Below are positions 63,601 to 64,000 of a stretch of DNA of 64,000 nt, in pieces. Position 1 is the stretch's first letter. Each line of letters opens with the position of its first letter. The translations under genes were made by a program, and so were the position numbers. Source of the stretch: Octopus sinensis (taxonomy: Eukaryota); NCBI RefSeq assembly GCF_006345805.1, contig NC_043005.1:50344001-50408000 (forward strand), read 5' to 3'. Below the pieces are notes generated by a model. That model did no database searches. It had not been told where the DNA came from and was given only the letters and a program-made list of their open reading frames with translations.

Positions 63601-64000
63601 TTCCCGTCAGTGGTATTAGCGGTTTTTGCATAAGCTATCTGCTGTGGTTTAACCTTAGGTGAGAGTTTATTGGGCAATCACATGACTTTTAGGTTACTAC
63701 GGTATGTAGCCATAGTGCGATATAGATAGGTCTACTCGATCACAGATGGTCTGACGCTAAAAAAACAACCGCAAACACCACACTATAGCTACATGCCGTG
63801 GAAAGCTAAAAGCCATATCCGTGTCTAAGTGGTTGTTCATCTTTAGAATATATGTGTAATAAGATAGATATTTTGTAGATGCAGGTCATTGTATAATCTG
63901 TTATGATAAGTAGTCGACAATACGTTACATTTACACTCCCATATACAGTGATGAATAGTATAGAGTGTGGTGTGGCAGTTTGTACGTATTGTGTTCACTG

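Overview
AT-rich, repeat-saturated eukaryotic (metazoan) DNA with no recognisable host protein-coding gene. The repeat content (several tRNA-derived SINE families, CR1/L2, RTE and R4/Dong LINE remnants, mariners, Helitrons, extensive TA/CA/AAT/TATG microsatellites) resembles an Octopus/cephalopod intronic or intergenic region; the species is an inference, not verified. Almost all ORFs in the supplied track are microsatellite artefacts. Real coding remnants: an R4/Dong restriction-like endonuclease (11032-11457, -), an RTE ORF2 C-terminus (20803-21730, +), two mariner transposases (41083-42084; 47836-48886) and a CR1/L2 reverse transcriptase (50365-51930). The most interesting unexplained structures are: (1) two diverged, (TA)n-flanked non-coding elements, each ending in its own perfect fold-back palindrome and carrying covarying stems (47316-47601, 50004-50235); (2) SINE stacks with one head and repeated ~184-bp units joined at GGTATT, with a different tail type always 3'-most, suggesting self-targeted insertion; (3) a ~555-bp non-coding element bound to (AAT)n tracts, one copy next to a Dong/R4 remnant; (4) a SINE/LINE 3'-tail match with a covarying hairpin; (5) hammerhead-ribozyme motifs in Penelope-like repeats; (6) a Harbinger-type MITE carrying a CCAAT/GC-box/NRF1/RFX motif cluster. 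Family letters (SINE-A, B, C, E, F, element D) are my own working labels.
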